NCBI RefSeq assembly: GCF_965279755.1 | Contig: NZ_OZ257261.1 | Coordinates: 592,135 to 656,134 of the forward strand | DNA: 64,000 bases | Direction: 5' to 3' | Source: Sphingopyxis sp. | Lineage (GTDB): Bacteria; Pseudomonadota; Alphaproteobacteria; Sphingomonadales; Sphingomonadaceae | Shown: in pieces, positions 37,350-47,575 of the stretch | Layout: each line of letters opens with the position of its first letter | How positions within the stretch are numbered: the stretch's first letter is position 1 | Notes under the pieces: generated by a model | What the model was told of the DNA's origin: nothing | Database searches by the model: none | What the model saw: only the letters and a program-made list of their open reading frames with translations | Translations under genes and position numbers: made by a program

Positions 37350-40288
37350 CGTCCGCCCGACGTCCCGCTCGCCACCTTGTCGAGCGCTGCGGCGTCGGCA
37401 AGCGTCATTCCCTTGGGCAGGATCGCCAGCGACCACTGGCGCGAAGGCAGCAGATAGGCCTTCGCCAGCCGCTGGATGTCCGCTGGGGTAACCGACGAAA
37501 TATCCTGCTCGATCGAGAGCGCCGCCGCGGTCACGCGCGGATCGCGCGTCGCCCCCTCTAGCAGGAACATCCAGTAGACATTGCCGGTCGAGGCGCGCGC
37601 GACCTGCTCGCGGATCGGGCCCGCATTGCGCGCCAGTTCGTCGGCATCCACCGGCTTGGTCACCAGATCGGCGGCGATGTCCTTCGCAATACCATAGAAG
37701 CGATCGATATCCTTTGGCGCGAGCAGGCTGCCCACGAGCAGGTAACCGCCGCTGCCGTCGAAACCGGTCGGCCAGTGGCTGTCGACAACCGGCCCATAGC
37801 TCGCCCCCTGTTCGGCGCGAAGGCGATCGAACAGCCGGTCGTTGAAGATCGCGGCCAGGATCTCGAGCCCGCGCACATCGCGCGGATTGCCGAGCCCACC
37901 GCTCGTCGGCCAGGCGGTCATCGCCGCGGCCTGCCCCTTCTCGCCCGTGTGATAGGCGATCATCGGCGCGACATTATGCTTGGCAAAGGCGACCTTCTGC
38001 CCGGTCGGCGGCGCGATTTCCTTGCGCGGCGGCAAAGCGCCCAAGGTTTCGGCGAGGATCTTCTTGTAATCGACCGTCGACAGGTCGCCGAAGATCTGGA
38101 CCTCTACCGGGCCGCTCGCAAGCCGCGGTTCCCAGAAGGCGCGGAACGCCGCCGGGGTCAGCGCCGAAATCTGCGCCTTTTCCGGTGCTGCCCAGCGCGC
38201 GTCGTCATTGCTCAGCCAACCGCGCAAATTGCGATCGAGCACGGCGTTGGGCGTTGCGTCGTTGAGGTCATAACCGGTCAGATAGCCGACGCGGAGCCGC
38301 TCGACCGGCGCCGGATCCCAGCGCGGATTGGAGAGCTTGGCCGCCATGAGCTTCATCTGGTCAGCAAGGTCGGCGGGCTTGCTCTCGGCCGAAAGCTCGA
38401 ACGCGTCATCCTCGACCGAGAAGTTCATCTGGATCTGACGGCCGTTGGTGAGCTGGTCGAGCTCATTCTGCCCCCAAGGCCCGATCCCGCTCGCGATCAG
38501 GGCATAGTCACCCGTCCACAACAGATTCGGCGCGTCGGCGGCGACGCTGCGGTTGCCCGTACCGAAGCGTATGTTCACGCGCACCTTGCCGGGTTCGACC
38601 TGATTGTTCGAAACGAGCGCAGTGACACCGTTCGCGAACTCGATCCGTTCGGCGCGCAATCCCGCGAGCGGCGACGAAGACAGGATCGCCCCCGGCTTGC
38701 CGACTGCGGGCAGTTGCGTGAAATCGACGTTGCTGTCGGTCAGCCGGTCGTCGCGGATCTTGGCCGGCGCGGCCAGCGCGGCAAGCAGCGCGCCGTCGCC
38801 GCCGGCAATGGGGGCCGGGGCGGTCAGCACCACGCGCGTCACCGGCGCGCCGAAGATCGCCTTGCTGATATCCAGCATCACCTTCGGGGTCGCCGAGGCG
38901 CGGATCGACTTGAACATATCGACCTGCCCCTGCGGGCTGGTCACTGTCTCACCGATATCGACCGCGCGCACCATATCGTCGGCAAGTCGCGCGCCGGGTT
39001 CGTTGCGGGCGTTTTCCAGCTCCTTGAGCAGAAAGGCCTGAATCTCGTTCGCTTCGCGGTCGATGTCGGCCTGTGACGGCGGTGTCGTCACCGCATCGGC
39101 GATCACCCCGCGCACGTCGGCAAGCGCCGCCTTCCAGTCGCTCAGCGGCACGATCGACGCCATCGTCGCATCGACGCTGCGGCTGATATACTGCTGCTCG
39201 ACCGTGGCGACGAGATAACTGCCGCCGGCGCGAGCGCGATTTTCCAACCGGCGATTGACGAGGGCCTGCGCGATGAATTCCAGATAGAGCCGGCGCGTAT
39301 TTTCCACCGTATCGATCCGCTTCTGCCAAGGGCGGAGCATCGCAAGGGTCAGCGCGAGCGGCTGGTTCGCCTCGACAATGACCTTCGCCATCGGCGCCTT
39401 GGGATCGGGCTTGCCGAAATCAGGTTGCTTGGGCGCCGGGCCGTCGGCGCGCCAGTCGCCGTAATATTTTGCGATCAGCCGCGCAAATTCGGTGGGGTCG
39501 CCATCGCCCGAAATCACGATCACCGCGCGGTCGGGACGATACCAGTGATCGTGGAACTCCTGCACGGTGTCGGCGCGCGCGGCGCCGAGCGACTGGACTG
39601 TTCCGATCGGCGAGCGATCGCCGAGCAATTGCCCGGCAAAAAGATGCGACGTCGTCTGATCGGCGATGCGCTTTTGCGGGCCGTCGGATTCGCGCAGTTC
39701 GGACAGGACGACACCGCGCTCGGCGGTGACCGCAGCTTCCGAAATGCGGGGCTCGCGTACCATGCCGGCGAGCAGCTTCATGCTCTCGTCGAGATTGACC
39801 GGCGTGACGCTCGGCAGGTCGAGTTGATAGACGGTCTGCGTCGGCGTGGTCTGCGCGTTCGAATCGCTGCCGAAGGTCACACCGAAGCGTTGCCAGATGC
39901 GCTTGGTCTCGCCGTCGGGAATATGTTCGGACCCACGGAAGGTCAGATGCTCGAGCAGGTGGGCAAAGCCGCGTTCCTGCTCGGTCTCGAACATCGAGCC
40001 GACATCCATGCGAACGCGGATCGACACCTGTCCCGGCGGCACGCCGTTGTTGCGCACCGCATAGCGGACGCCATTGGGCAAAACTCCGAACTGCCACGCC
40101 GTGTCGCGCGGGATATCGCTGCCTTCATAAAGCCAGCTGTCATCCTTCGTCGTCGCTGCCGATGTCGCCGGAGCGGAGTTGCGCTGCGCGGCAGCGACGG
40201 GCGCCAGCAACAGCGCCGACGCGGCGGCTGCAGCGGGAAGGATTGATCGAAGGGCGGAAAGTCTTGTCGACGCGGGAGAATAGAGCAT
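37346..40288 (-). CDS. Secreted M16-family (pitrilysin/insulinase) zinc peptidase, double-length
   Basis: Signal peptide ...ALLLAPVAAAQ and the inverted zincin motif HLLEH (GFAHLLEHLTFRGSEH). 980 aa, consistent with two M16 halves. Its 3' end overlaps the Kef-type gene by 4 nt. Confidence 0.85.
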   Translation of the reverse strand: MLYSPASTRLSALRSILPAAAAASALLLAPVAAAQRNSAPATSAATTKDDSWLYEGSDIPRDTAWQFGVLPNGVRYAVRNNGVPPGQVSIRVRMDVGSMFETEQERGFAHLLEHLTFRGSEHIPDGETKRIWQRFGVTFGSDSNAQTTPTQTVYQLDLPSVTPVNLDESMKLLAGMVREPRISEAAVTAERGVVLSELRESDGPQKRIADQTTSHLFAGQLLGDRSPIGTVQSLGAARADTVQEFHDHWYRPDRAVIVISGDGDPTEFARLIAKYYGDWRADGPAPKQPDFGKPDPKAPMAKVIVEANQPLALTLAMLRPWQKRIDTVENTRRLYLEFIAQALVNRRLENRARAGGSYLVATVEQQYISRSVDATMASIVPLSDWKAALADVRGVIADAVTTPPSQADIDREANEIQAFLLKELENARNEPGARLADDMVRAVDIGETVTSPQGQVDMFKSIRASATPKVMLDISKAIFGAPVTRVVLTAPAPIAGGDGALLAALAAPAKIRDDRLTDSNVDFTQLPAVGKPGAILSSSPLAGLRAERIEFANGVTALVSNNQVEPGKVRVNIRFGTGNRSVAADAPNLLWTGDYALIASGIGPWGQNELDQLTNGRQIQMNFSVEDDAFELSAESKPADLADQMKLMAAKLSNPRWDPAPVERLRVGYLTGYDLNDATPNAVLDRNLRGWLSNDDARWAAPEKAQISALTPAAFRAFWEPRLASGPVEVQIFGDLSTVDYKKILAETLGALPPRKEIAPPTGQKVAFAKHNVAPMIAYHTGEKGQAAAMTAWPTSGGLGNPRDVRGLEILAAIFNDRLFDRLRAEQGASYGPVVDSHWPTGFDGSGGYLLVGSLLAPKDIDRFYGIAKDIAADLVTKPVDADELARNAGPIREQVARASTGNVYWMFLLEGATRDPRVTAAALSIEQDISSVTPADIQRLAKAYLLPSRQWSLAILPKGMTLADAAALDKVASGTSGGR

Positions 40289-40391
40289 TGCCCCACCTTA
40301 TCGCGATCAAAGCTTGCTGGCCACTGAACTTCGTGAATGCTTCGTTCGGGCCGCTTGTCCTCTGCGCGGCTTCGGCCTAGCCAAGGAGACG

Positions 40392-41249
40392 ATGGACACC
40401 GCCCCCGCCCCGCTCGCCGCGCTCGTCCAGATGACGAGCGGTATCGATCCCGCCGTCAATCTGGCGACCGTCGACCGCGCACTCGCCGAGGCGGCCGATC
40501 GCGGCGCGACGATGGCGTTCCTGCCCGAAATGTCGCTGCTGCTCGACCGCGATCGCCAGCGGTCGGTCGCGCACATCGCGCGCGAGGTCGACAGCCCTTG
40601 GCCCGCCGCCTTGCAGGCGATGGCCGAACGCCACGGGCTATGGCTGCACAGCGGCTCGATGCCTCTGCTCACCGATGACGGCGAACGGCGCGTCAACCGC
40701 AGCCATGTGATCGCCGCCGACGGCAGCATCCGCGCGCGCTATGACAAGATCCACATGTTCGACGTCACTTTGCCGTCGGGCGAGAACTGGACCGAATCGG
40801 CCGCCTATGCAGGCGGCGCGGCAATCGAAGTGGTGGACACGCCGCTAGGCCGGCTCGGGCTCAGCATCTGCTATGATTTGCGATTTCCCGAACTCTATCG
40901 GGCGCTCGTCGATCACGGTGCGGAAGTCGTCGCAATTCCCGCGGCCTTCACCGTCTCGACCGGCGAGGCGCACTGGCACATCCTGCTTCGCGCCCGTGCC
41001 ATCGAAACCGCCTGCCACATCCTTGCCGCCGCACAAGGCGGCACCCATGCCGACGGCCGCGCAACATTCGGCCACAGCCTTGCGATCGATCCGTGGGGTG
41101 CGATTCTGGCGGAGGCAGAGGCTGGCGGAACGGCGAGCGATCGCGACTATCGCCTGACGATCGCGCCGGTCGCGAAAGAAGCCAGCGCCCGCGCGCGGCA
41201 GGCGATCCCGCTCGGACGCTCGCGCGCCGTTCGCGCCGCCGACCTTTAA
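40392..41249 (+). CDS. Carbon-nitrogen hydrolase (nitrilase superfamily, Nit-like)
   Basis: ATG at 40392 with AAGGAG SD. The catalytic Glu region (FLPEM) and the Cys motif LSICYDLRFPELY are present. Confidence 0.8.
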   Translation: MDTAPAPLAALVQMTSGIDPAVNLATVDRALAEAADRGATMAFLPEMSLLLDRDRQRSVAHIAREVDSPWPAALQAMAERHGLWLHSGSMPLLTDDGERRVNRSHVIAADGSIRARYDKIHMFDVTLPSGENWTESAAYAGGAAIEVVDTPLGRLGLSICYDLRFPELYRALVDHGAEVVAIPAAFTVSTGEAHWHILLRARAIETACHILAAAQGGTHADGRATFGHSLAIDPWGAILAEAEAGGTASDRDYRLTIAPVAKEASARARQAIPLGRSRAVRAADL

Positions 41250-41339
41250 ATCCGTCTGCCAGGTCCGCAGCCGGCACGGCACTGCCTGCTTGCGACATTG
41301 CCGCTGCGGGAACATTCAATTGCGGGCGCCAAAATGCAC

Positions 41340-41370
41340 AAAGGGCCCCGGACAACGTCCGGAGCCCTTT
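41340..41370. terminator. Bidirectional rho-independent terminator between convergent genes
   Basis: AAAGGGCCCCGGAC-aac-GTCCGGAGCCCTTT forms a 14-bp stem with one mismatch. It is flanked by an A-tract on the left and a T-tract on the right, so it could serve both strands. Confidence 0.65.
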
Positions 41371-41394
41371 GGTATAGCTATCGATCAGCCGATA

Positions 41395-41628
41395 TTACGG
41401 GCTGGTCGGAGTGTCGTCGTTGTTGTCCGACGCCAGGATGATGCCGCCAATGATGGCAGCCAGGGCGATGAGGCCGATGATCCAGCCCGAACCGTTGAGT
41501 TCGCTTTCGCCGCCAAGCGCCGAGTTAGCGCGGGCCGAATCAAGCGAGGTGGCAGCCGAAGCAGCAACCGGAGCCGCGATCATCGACGTTGCCGCGAGGG
41601 AGATCGCAGCCTTCTTAAGCAGGTTCAT
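41395..41628 (-). CDS. Small exported protein with C-terminal TM anchor (hypothetical)
   Basis: ATG at 41628 with GGAG SD. Signal peptide MNLLKKAAISLAATSMIAAPVAASA, a short Ser/Gly/Ala region, the TM segment GWIIGLIALAAIIGGIILA and an acidic tail. Confidence 0.5.
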   Translation of the reverse strand: MNLLKKAAISLAATSMIAAPVAASAATSLDSARANSALGGESELNGSGWIIGLIALAAIIGGIILASDNNDDTPTSP

Positions 41629-41807
41629 CTTTTTCTCCGTCCACTGGAACATAGTCTTCTCGAATCACGCCCGAAACAAAATTCCCGACATGAATCTGCA
41701 TCACCTGTGTAGGCACAGTCGCCGTCGATTGCAACGACGATTTGCTGTATCGCAGCATTTGTTATGAAATTGCTAAATCAGCGAAATTTGCACCAAATCG
41801 GAACTAA

Positions 41808-42593
41808 TCAGCCCCGCCGCACGCGCTCGAAAGGCTCGCTCGTCACGGGGTAGCCAAGGTGCCCCGGGATGCACAGATGCGCCTCGCCTTCGCGCTCTTC
41901 CACCCACGGGGTGACAAGCTCTGACGGAAAACGGTCCGCATGGTTGGAAAAGGCAGAAAAGTCAGGATTCTGGGCGATCTTCTCAAGGTTCCGGCGGGTC
42001 GGAAAGATGATCGAAATCTCGCCGCGATCCGCCATCGCCAGCGTCTCGCCCGCGCTGGCCCAGAAGATGTGGCTATGCTCGGCCTCCTCGACGGTGAGTT
42101 CGTGACTGTGCGGCGGCGCCGCGACCGCATAGAAGCGCGTGTCGAAGGTCCGCGCTTCCTTGAAGTTCGGGCACCAGCGCGCGAACGGGACGAACGAGTC
42201 CAGTCCGATTCGCTCGCCGCGCGATTCCAATATGTCCGACAATAGCGTACCGCCAAGCAGCGCCTGACGAACCGCAGGGACCTCCGCCTCCTCCAGTCCG
42301 GGCCAGCCGACCGCAAGGCCGGTTTCCTCGAGCGTCTCGCGCAGCGCCGCGACGCGCGCCGCACCATCAGGGTCGCCCGCTGCAAAGCCGTGCCGCTCCG
42401 CCACCACATGATCGTCGGGATCGACGCGCCCACCGGGAAATACTACCGCACCGGCCGCAAAAGCCATCGTCGTCGCACGCTTTACCAGCAGGATTTCGTC
42501 GGGGGGGCCCGCGGCCGAGGGGCGCATGATTACCAGCGTGGCAGCGGGGATGGCGTTGTCCGGCAAGGCGGACGGCGGCACTTTTTGGGTCAT
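41808..42593 (-). CDS. NUDIX hydrolase
   Basis: ATG at 42593. The Nudix box is recognisable: FPGGRVDP...AALRETLEETGL. Confidence 0.8.
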   Translation of the reverse strand: MTQKVPPSALPDNAIPAATLVIMRPSAAGPPDEILLVKRATTMAFAAGAVVFPGGRVDPDDHVVAERHGFAAGDPDGAARVAALRETLEETGLAVGWPGLEEAEVPAVRQALLGGTLLSDILESRGERIGLDSFVPFARWCPNFKEARTFDTRFYAVAAPPHSHELTVEEAEHSHIFWASAGETLAMADRGEISIIFPTRRNLEKIAQNPDFSAFSNHADRFPSELVTPWVEEREGEAHLCIPGHLGYPVTSEPFERVRRG

Positions 42594-42702
42594 GGCCCAG
42601 CGATAACCCCGCTCGGACGCCTTGTCATCCGGCTTGTCACCGGAGGCATTGCAGTGCGGGCGCCGGGCGTGCAAGATGCCGCCGTCCAGTGGGAGCAGGG
42701 CC

Positions 42703-43335
42703 ATGGGGATATTGGAAATTCTAGGGCTGGCCGGCAGCCTCAGCCTTCTCGCGGGCTGGCGGCTCTACCTCACTATCCTCGCCACCGGCATCGCGATGCA
42801 TTTCGGCTGGCTGCCACTGCCCGAACATCTGCAGTCGTTGCAGATATTGGCGAACCCGTGGGTCCTGGGTGTGGCGGCCGTCGGCACCCTCGCCGAGTTC
42901 CTCGCCGACAAGGTCGCATGGATCGATTCGATCTGGGACACGATCCACAGCCTCATCCGCCCGCTCGGCGGTGCCTTGCTCGCACTAGCACTCGTCGATA
43001 GCTCGGATCCCGCGTGGCAGGTCATCGCCTTCATTCTTGGCGGCGGTGGCGCGCTGCTCAGCCACGGCGCAAAGGCGACGACGCGCGCAGTCGTCAACGT
43101 CAGCCCCGAACCGTTCAGCAATGCTGCGGTCTCGACCGGAGAGGATGTCGCAACCACCGGACTGCTCGCGCTGGCGATCGCCTATCCGCCGCTCGCGATC
43201 GTCATCGCCATCCTGCTGCTGGTCGCAGCGGTCGTGGTGATCATCGCGCTCCGCCGCTTGCTTCGCAACATCAAGGCCACGCTGAAACGCACGCTAGGCG
43301 ACGAACCCGCCGACCCTGCGCTGCCGTCGGGCTAG
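42703..43335 (+). CDS. DUF4126-family membrane protein
   Basis: ATG at 42703 with GGGAGCAGGG upstream. Multi-TM protein with the [16 protein letters not shown] motif, which I recall for DUF4126. Confidence 0.65.
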   Translation: MGILEILGLAGSLSLLAGWRLYLTILATGIAMHFGWLPLPEHLQSLQILANPWVLGVAAVGTLAEFLADKVAWIDSIWDTIHSLIRPLGGALLALALVDSSDPAWQVIAFILGGGGALLSHGAKATTRAVVNVSPEPFSNAAVSTGEDVATTGLLALAIAYPPLAIVIAILLLVAAVVVIIALRRLLRNIKATLKRTLGDEPADPALPSG

Positions 43336-44555
43336 GAGGGCAGCAATTCCTTGAGCGGCTTGTCGGTATCGGCGAGCTGCTCGGGCGTTGCGCGCAGACC
43401 TGCGGTGACGATCATCCGGCCCTGGACATAATCCTTGGTCGCGTTGACGCAGTCGATCGCGATGACCTTCCCGGCCTTGAGGTAGACGATCGAGAAGCTG
43501 CGGTTTGCGGGGTCGCCGCGCAACACTGCCTGATCATGGCCGGTCGACAGGCCCGCGGTCTGGAGCTTCAGATCATATTGGTTCGACCAGAACCACGGAA
43601 TCGCATGATAGGGCGCTTCGTCGCCGACGATGCCCTTGGCGACGACATTTGCCTGATCATTGGCGTTCTGCACCGATTCGAGGCGGATCGTCGCGCCTTC
43701 GGCGAACTCGTTCACATGCGCCGCGCAGTCGCCGATCGCATAAATGTCGGGCAGGCTCGTCTTGCAGAGGCGATCGACGAGCACGCCGTTGCCGCCCTCG
43801 GCGCCCGCCGCGATCAGCGGTTCGACCGCCGGGACGATGCCGATGCCGACGATCACCAGATCCGCCGGGATCACGTCGCCGTCGGCCAGCCGGACGCCGG
43901 TAACGTGCGTGTCGCCCTCGATCGCATCGACGCAGACGCCGAGGTGAAGCTCGACGCCATGATCGCGATGCTCCTGCTCATAGAAGCGCGACAGTTCGAC
44001 CCCCGCGACACGCGCGAGCACGCGGTCGAGCGCTTCGAGCAGCACGACCTTCTTGCCCGCCTTGTTGAGCACGGCGGCCGCTTCCAGCCCGATATAGCCG
44101 CCGCCGATCACGACGATCTGCTCCGCGGTCTCCGACGCCGCCTTCATCGCATCGGCGTCGGCGCGGGTCCGCACGCCCTGCACGCCCGGCAAATCGCCGC
44201 CGGGGATCGGCAGCATGCGCGGGGCGCCGCCGGTCGCCCAGACGAGCTTGCCATAGCCGATCGTCTCGCCGCCGTCGGTGGTGACGGTGTGACCCGCCGG
44301 ATCAACCGACACGACGCGCTTGCCGAGCAGCATGGTCACTTCGCGCTCGTCCCAATATTTGGCGGGGCGTAGCTGGATGCGTTCGAATTCCTTCTCGCCC
44401 GCAAAATATTCCTTCGACAGCGGCGGGCGTTCATAGGGAAGTTCGGGCTCGTCGCCGATGATCGCGATGCTGCCTTCGAACTTCTGCGTGCGCAGCATGA
44501 TCGCAACCTGCGCCCCGCCATGCCCGGCACCCACGATCACCACGTCGAATTTCAT
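43332..44555 (-). CDS. FAD-dependent ferredoxin--NAD(P)+ reductase (putidaredoxin-reductase-like P450 redox partner)
   Basis: [26 protein letters not shown] (FAD GxGxxG), ...[10 protein letters not shown]..., and a second GxGxx[13 protein letters not shown]. 407 aa. Confidence 0.85.
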   Translation of the reverse strand: MKFDVVIVGAGHGGAQVAIMLRTQKFEGSIAIIGDEPELPYERPPLSKEYFAGEKEFERIQLRPAKYWDEREVTMLLGKRVVSVDPAGHTVTTDGGETIGYGKLVWATGGAPRMLPIPGGDLPGVQGVRTRADADAMKAASETAEQIVVIGGGYIGLEAAAVLNKAGKKVVLLEALDRVLARVAGVELSRFYEQEHRDHGVELHLGVCVDAIEGDTHVTGVRLADGDVIPADLVIVGIGIVPAVEPLIAAGAEGGNGVLVDRLCKTSLPDIYAIGDCAAHVNEFAEGATIRLESVQNANDQANVVAKGIVGDEAPYHAIPWFWSNQYDLKLQTAGLSTGHDQAVLRGDPANRSFSIVYLKAGKVIAIDCVNATKDYVQGRMIVTAGLRATPEQLADTDKPLKELLPS

Positions 44556-44630
44556 ATTCCCTCCGCTACGGAACGCTCGTTCTTAGCGCGGTCCCTGACA
44601 TGGGCGGGTGTATCAGACAAGAAACATTGG

Positions 44631-45371
44631 CTATCCGGCCTGCACGACCAACTCGTCACGAAGCGCGACCAAAGCGGCGCCCAGCGCGCCGATTTCGGCC
44701 TCGCTACGCGATCCGGCGACGATCGAGGCCGACAGGCAATAGCCGGGCGCGATCCCGGCGATCCCGACCGCGACCGTCCAGACCCCGCGGTGCGTATAGC
44801 CCTGATCGACTGCGAACCCTCTTGCCGCTGCCTCATCGACCTGCCGCGCATAGGTTTCGAACGGCAGCCCGGCTTGCCACCGAACCGGGGCATAGCGGCG
44901 TGCGAGCTCGGAGGAACCGATCCCTTGCACCGCCGCGATCGCCCGGCCGGCCGCGCCGCTGCCGAGCGGCTGACGCTGATCATCGGCAAGGCTGAGGCGC
45001 ATACCCGCGTCGCTCTCCGCCCGCACCGCAAGCTGCATACGGTCGCGCGACACAATCTTCCATAGACCCACCGCCGCCTCCGTCCGCTGCGCAAAGGCGG
45101 CCATTCGCGGCAACGCCCTGTCAACGAGCCGCGACCCCACGCTGTCGCGCAGCGCTTCAGTCGCCTGCCAGGGCGCGGTCAGGCGATAACGTTTGGTTCC
45201 GTCCTCGCGCTCGATCGCGCCTTCCGCGACAAGCGTTTTCAGCAGGTTGAGGCAACTCGACGGGCTGAGACCGACGCTTCGTCCGATATCCGACAAGGTC
45301 AACGCGCCCGCGTCGCCGAGCAGGCGGAGGATCGCAAAAGCTTGCGAAACAGAACGAACGGGGCCAGTCAT
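44631..45371 (-). CDS. IclR-family transcriptional regulator
   Basis: N-terminal wHTH (...SVSQAFAILRLLGDAGALTLSDIGRSVGLSPSSCLNLLKTL) plus an IclR-type effector domain. Divergent from the acyl-CoA operon. Confidence 0.85.
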   Translation of the reverse strand: MTGPVRSVSQAFAILRLLGDAGALTLSDIGRSVGLSPSSCLNLLKTLVAEGAIEREDGTKRYRLTAPWQATEALRDSVGSRLVDRALPRMAAFAQRTEAAVGLWKIVSRDRMQLAVRAESDAGMRLSLADDQRQPLGSGAAGRAIAAVQGIGSSELARRYAPVRWQAGLPFETYARQVDEAAARGFAVDQGYTHRGVWTVAVGIAGIAPGYCLSASIVAGSRSEAEIGALGAALVALRDELVVQAG

Positions 45372-45386
45372 CGCCTATCGGATATT

Positions 45387-45421
45387 TTCAATATGGTGAA
45401 AAATCAATTCTGAATGTTGAA
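45387..45421. promoter_or_regulatory. Two 14-nt TTC-N7-TGAA boxes 21 bp apart in the AT-rich iclR/SDR divergent gap (candidate operator)
   Basis: TTCAATATGGTGAA (45387-45400) and TTCTGAATGTTGAA (45408-45421) share 10 of 14 positions. The start-to-start spacing of 21 bp equals two helical turns. This is the most AT-rich part of the gap. Confidence 0.35.
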
Positions 45422-45477
45422 ATGATGCGGCGACAGGCATATCGCGCTACCAACACGAATCGAACGGGAGAACGGCC

Positions 45478-46395
45478 ATGAGCGGATGCCTTGACGGAAA
45501 GGTTGTCGCGATCACCGGCGCGGGACGCGGGATCGGGCGCGAGCTGGCCCTCTATTGTGCGGCACAGGGCGCTGCGGTCATCGTCAACGATCCGGGCGTG
45601 GCGCAGGCGGGCGACGGCGGTGACGCCGCCCCGGCCGAAACCACCGCCAACGATATCGTCGCCGCTGGCGGCAAGGCCGCCGCCAACTTCGGCAATGTCG
45701 CCGATCCCAAGGAAGCCGCGGGCATCATCGAGGATGCGGTCGCGAAGTTCGGCCGCATCGACGCCGTCGTGAACAATGCCGGCATCCTCCGCGACACCAT
45801 CTGGCACAAGATGAGCTATGAGGACTGGAAGAGCGTTATCGAGGTCAACCTGACCGGCGTCTTCAACGTCTCGAAGGCCGCGACGCCCTATTTCCGCGAG
45901 CAGCAATCGGGGAGCTTCATCCACTTCACCTCGACCAGCGGCCTGATCGGCAACATCGGTCAGGCCAATTACTCCGCGGCCAAGCTCGGCGTCGTCGCGC
46001 TGTCGCAGTCGATCGCGCTCGACATGGCGCGCGTCGGCGTGCGCTCGAACTGCATCGCGCCCTTTGCCTGGAGCCGCATGACCTCTTCGATCCCCGCGAC
46101 GACCCCCGCCGAGCAGGAGCGCGTCAAACGCCTGCAGTCGATGTCGGCGGACAAGATCGCGCCGCTCGTCGCCTATCTCGCGTCCGACCTGTCGAAGGAC
46201 GTGACGAACCAGATCTTCAGCGTCCGCAAGAACGAGATCCTTCTCTTTTCGAAACCGCGTCCGGTGCGCTCGATGGCCAAGCTTGAAGGCTGGAGCGCCG
46301 AGGCGATCGCCGACGAGCTGATTCCCGCCTTCCGCTCCGCCTTCGCGCGCGCCGACGAGGTGTCGGCGCATGTCTTCCCCTACGACCCGATTTGA
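45478..46395 (+). CDS. SDR resembling the (3R)-hydroxyacyl-CoA dehydrogenase domain of multifunctional enzyme type 2
   Basis: GGGAGAA SD. By-eye alignment to the MFE-2/HSD17B4 N-domain: VAITGAGRGIGR, VVNNAGILRD, GQANYSAAKLG, NCIAP. Confidence 0.85.
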   Translation: MSGCLDGKVVAITGAGRGIGRELALYCAAQGAAVIVNDPGVAQAGDGGDAAPAETTANDIVAAGGKAAANFGNVADPKEAAGIIEDAVAKFGRIDAVVNNAGILRDTIWHKMSYEDWKSVIEVNLTGVFNVSKAATPYFREQQSGSFIHFTSTSGLIGNIGQANYSAAKLGVVALSQSIALDMARVGVRSNCIAPFAWSRMTSSIPATTPAEQERVKRLQSMSADKIAPLVAYLASDLSKDVTNQIFSVRKNEILLFSKPRPVRSMAKLEGWSAEAIADELIPAFRSAFARADEVSAHVFPYDPI

Positions 46396-46405
46396 GGAAC
46401 AGCCC

Positions 46406-47575
46406 ATGAGCAACCCCGGCATGGACGCCGATATCTTCGAACAGTTCATCGAACAGCTCGAACGTTATGTGCGCGATCGCCTTCTTCCCGCCGAGAAGGA
46501 GATTGTCGAAACCGACGCGATCCCCGACGAGATCCTGTCCGAGATGCGCGACATGGGCCTGTTCGGCCTGACGATCCCCGAGGAGCATGGCGGCGCGGGA
46601 ATGAACGTCAGCCAGTATATCAAGACAATTCATACGCTGAGTTATGCGATGCCGGCGTTTCGCTCGATCATCTCGATCAACATCGGCATGTTCGCCTCGG
46701 CGCTCAAGAATGGTGGCACCGAGACCCAGAAGGCCGAATGGCTGCCGCGCGTCGCCGCGGGCGAAATCGCCGCCTTCGGCCTCACCGAACCCGGATCGGG
46801 ATCGGACTCGGCGGGACTTCAGACCACCGCGACACAGACCGATAACGGCTGGGTGCTGAACGGCACCAAGCGCTACATCACCAACTCGCCCTTCGCGAAG
46901 GTCGGCCTGATCATGGCGCGGACGAGCAAGGAGAATCTGCCAAAGAACGCGCATGTCTCGGCCTTCATCGTGCCGCTCGACGCGCCGGGCGTGTCGATCG
47001 GCAAACCGGACAAGAAGATGGGCCAGTCGGGCAGCCATATCGCCGACATCGTGATGGACGACGTCCGCGTTGGCGGCGAGGCTTTGCTCGGCGGCGAACT
47101 CGGCAAGGGTTTCATGTTCGCGATGATGAGCCTCGACAACGGCCGCATGTCGGTCGGCGCTGCCGCGACCGCCTACGCCCGCCGCGCGCTCGACAGCGCG
47201 GTGCGTTACGCGACCGAACGCAAGGCGTTCGGCGAGCCGATCGCCAATTTCCAGCTCATCCAGCAGATGCTGGCGCAGAGCGAGATCGACATCTATGCCG
47301 CCGAATGCATGATGGAGGACGTCACGCGACGCGCCGATGCGGGCGAGAATGTCCTGCGCAAGGCTGCGGCGTTCAAGGTCTTTGCCAGCGAAATGTGCGG
47401 CCGCGTCGTCGACGCCTGCGTCCAGGTCTATGGCGGCGCCGGCTATCTCGCCGAATATGACGCTGAACGCTTCTTCCGCGATGCGCGCATCTATCGCATC
47501 TACGAAGGCACGACGCAGATCCTGCAGCTCCAGATCGCCAAGCATATGCTGCGCGAATTTGCGGCGGCGAACTGA
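46406..47575 (+). CDS. Acyl-CoA dehydrogenase
   Basis: ATG at 46406 with GAGGAA SD. 389 aa with the typical ACAD layout (...GLTEPGSGSD..., ...YEGTTQI...). Confidence 0.9.
   Translation: MSNPGMDADIFEQFIEQLERYVRDRLLPAEKEIVETDAIPDEILSEMRDMGLFGLTIPEEHGGAGMNVSQYIKTIHTLSYAMPAFRSIISINIGMFASALKNGGTETQKAEWLPRVAAGEIAAFGLTEPGSGSDSAGLQTTATQTDNGWVLNGTKRYITNSPFAKVGLIMARTSKENLPKNAHVSAFIVPLDAPGVSIGKPDKKMGQSGSHIADIVMDDVRVGGEALLGGELGKGFMFAMMSLDNGRMSVGAAATAYARRALDSAVRYATERKAFGEPIANFQLIQQMLAQSEIDIYAAECMMEDVTRRADAGENVLRKAAAFKVFASEMCGRVVDACVQVYGGAGYLAEYDAERFFRDARIYRIYEGTTQILQLQIAKHMLREFAAAN

Noticed and set aside
41395-41628. Small protein considered as a PEP-CTERM, GlyGly-CTERM or WGxxGxxG-type sorting-signal protein
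   Set aside because: The C-terminal TM segment is followed by an acidic tail rather than a basic one. The PEP, GG and WGxxGxxG motifs are all absent.
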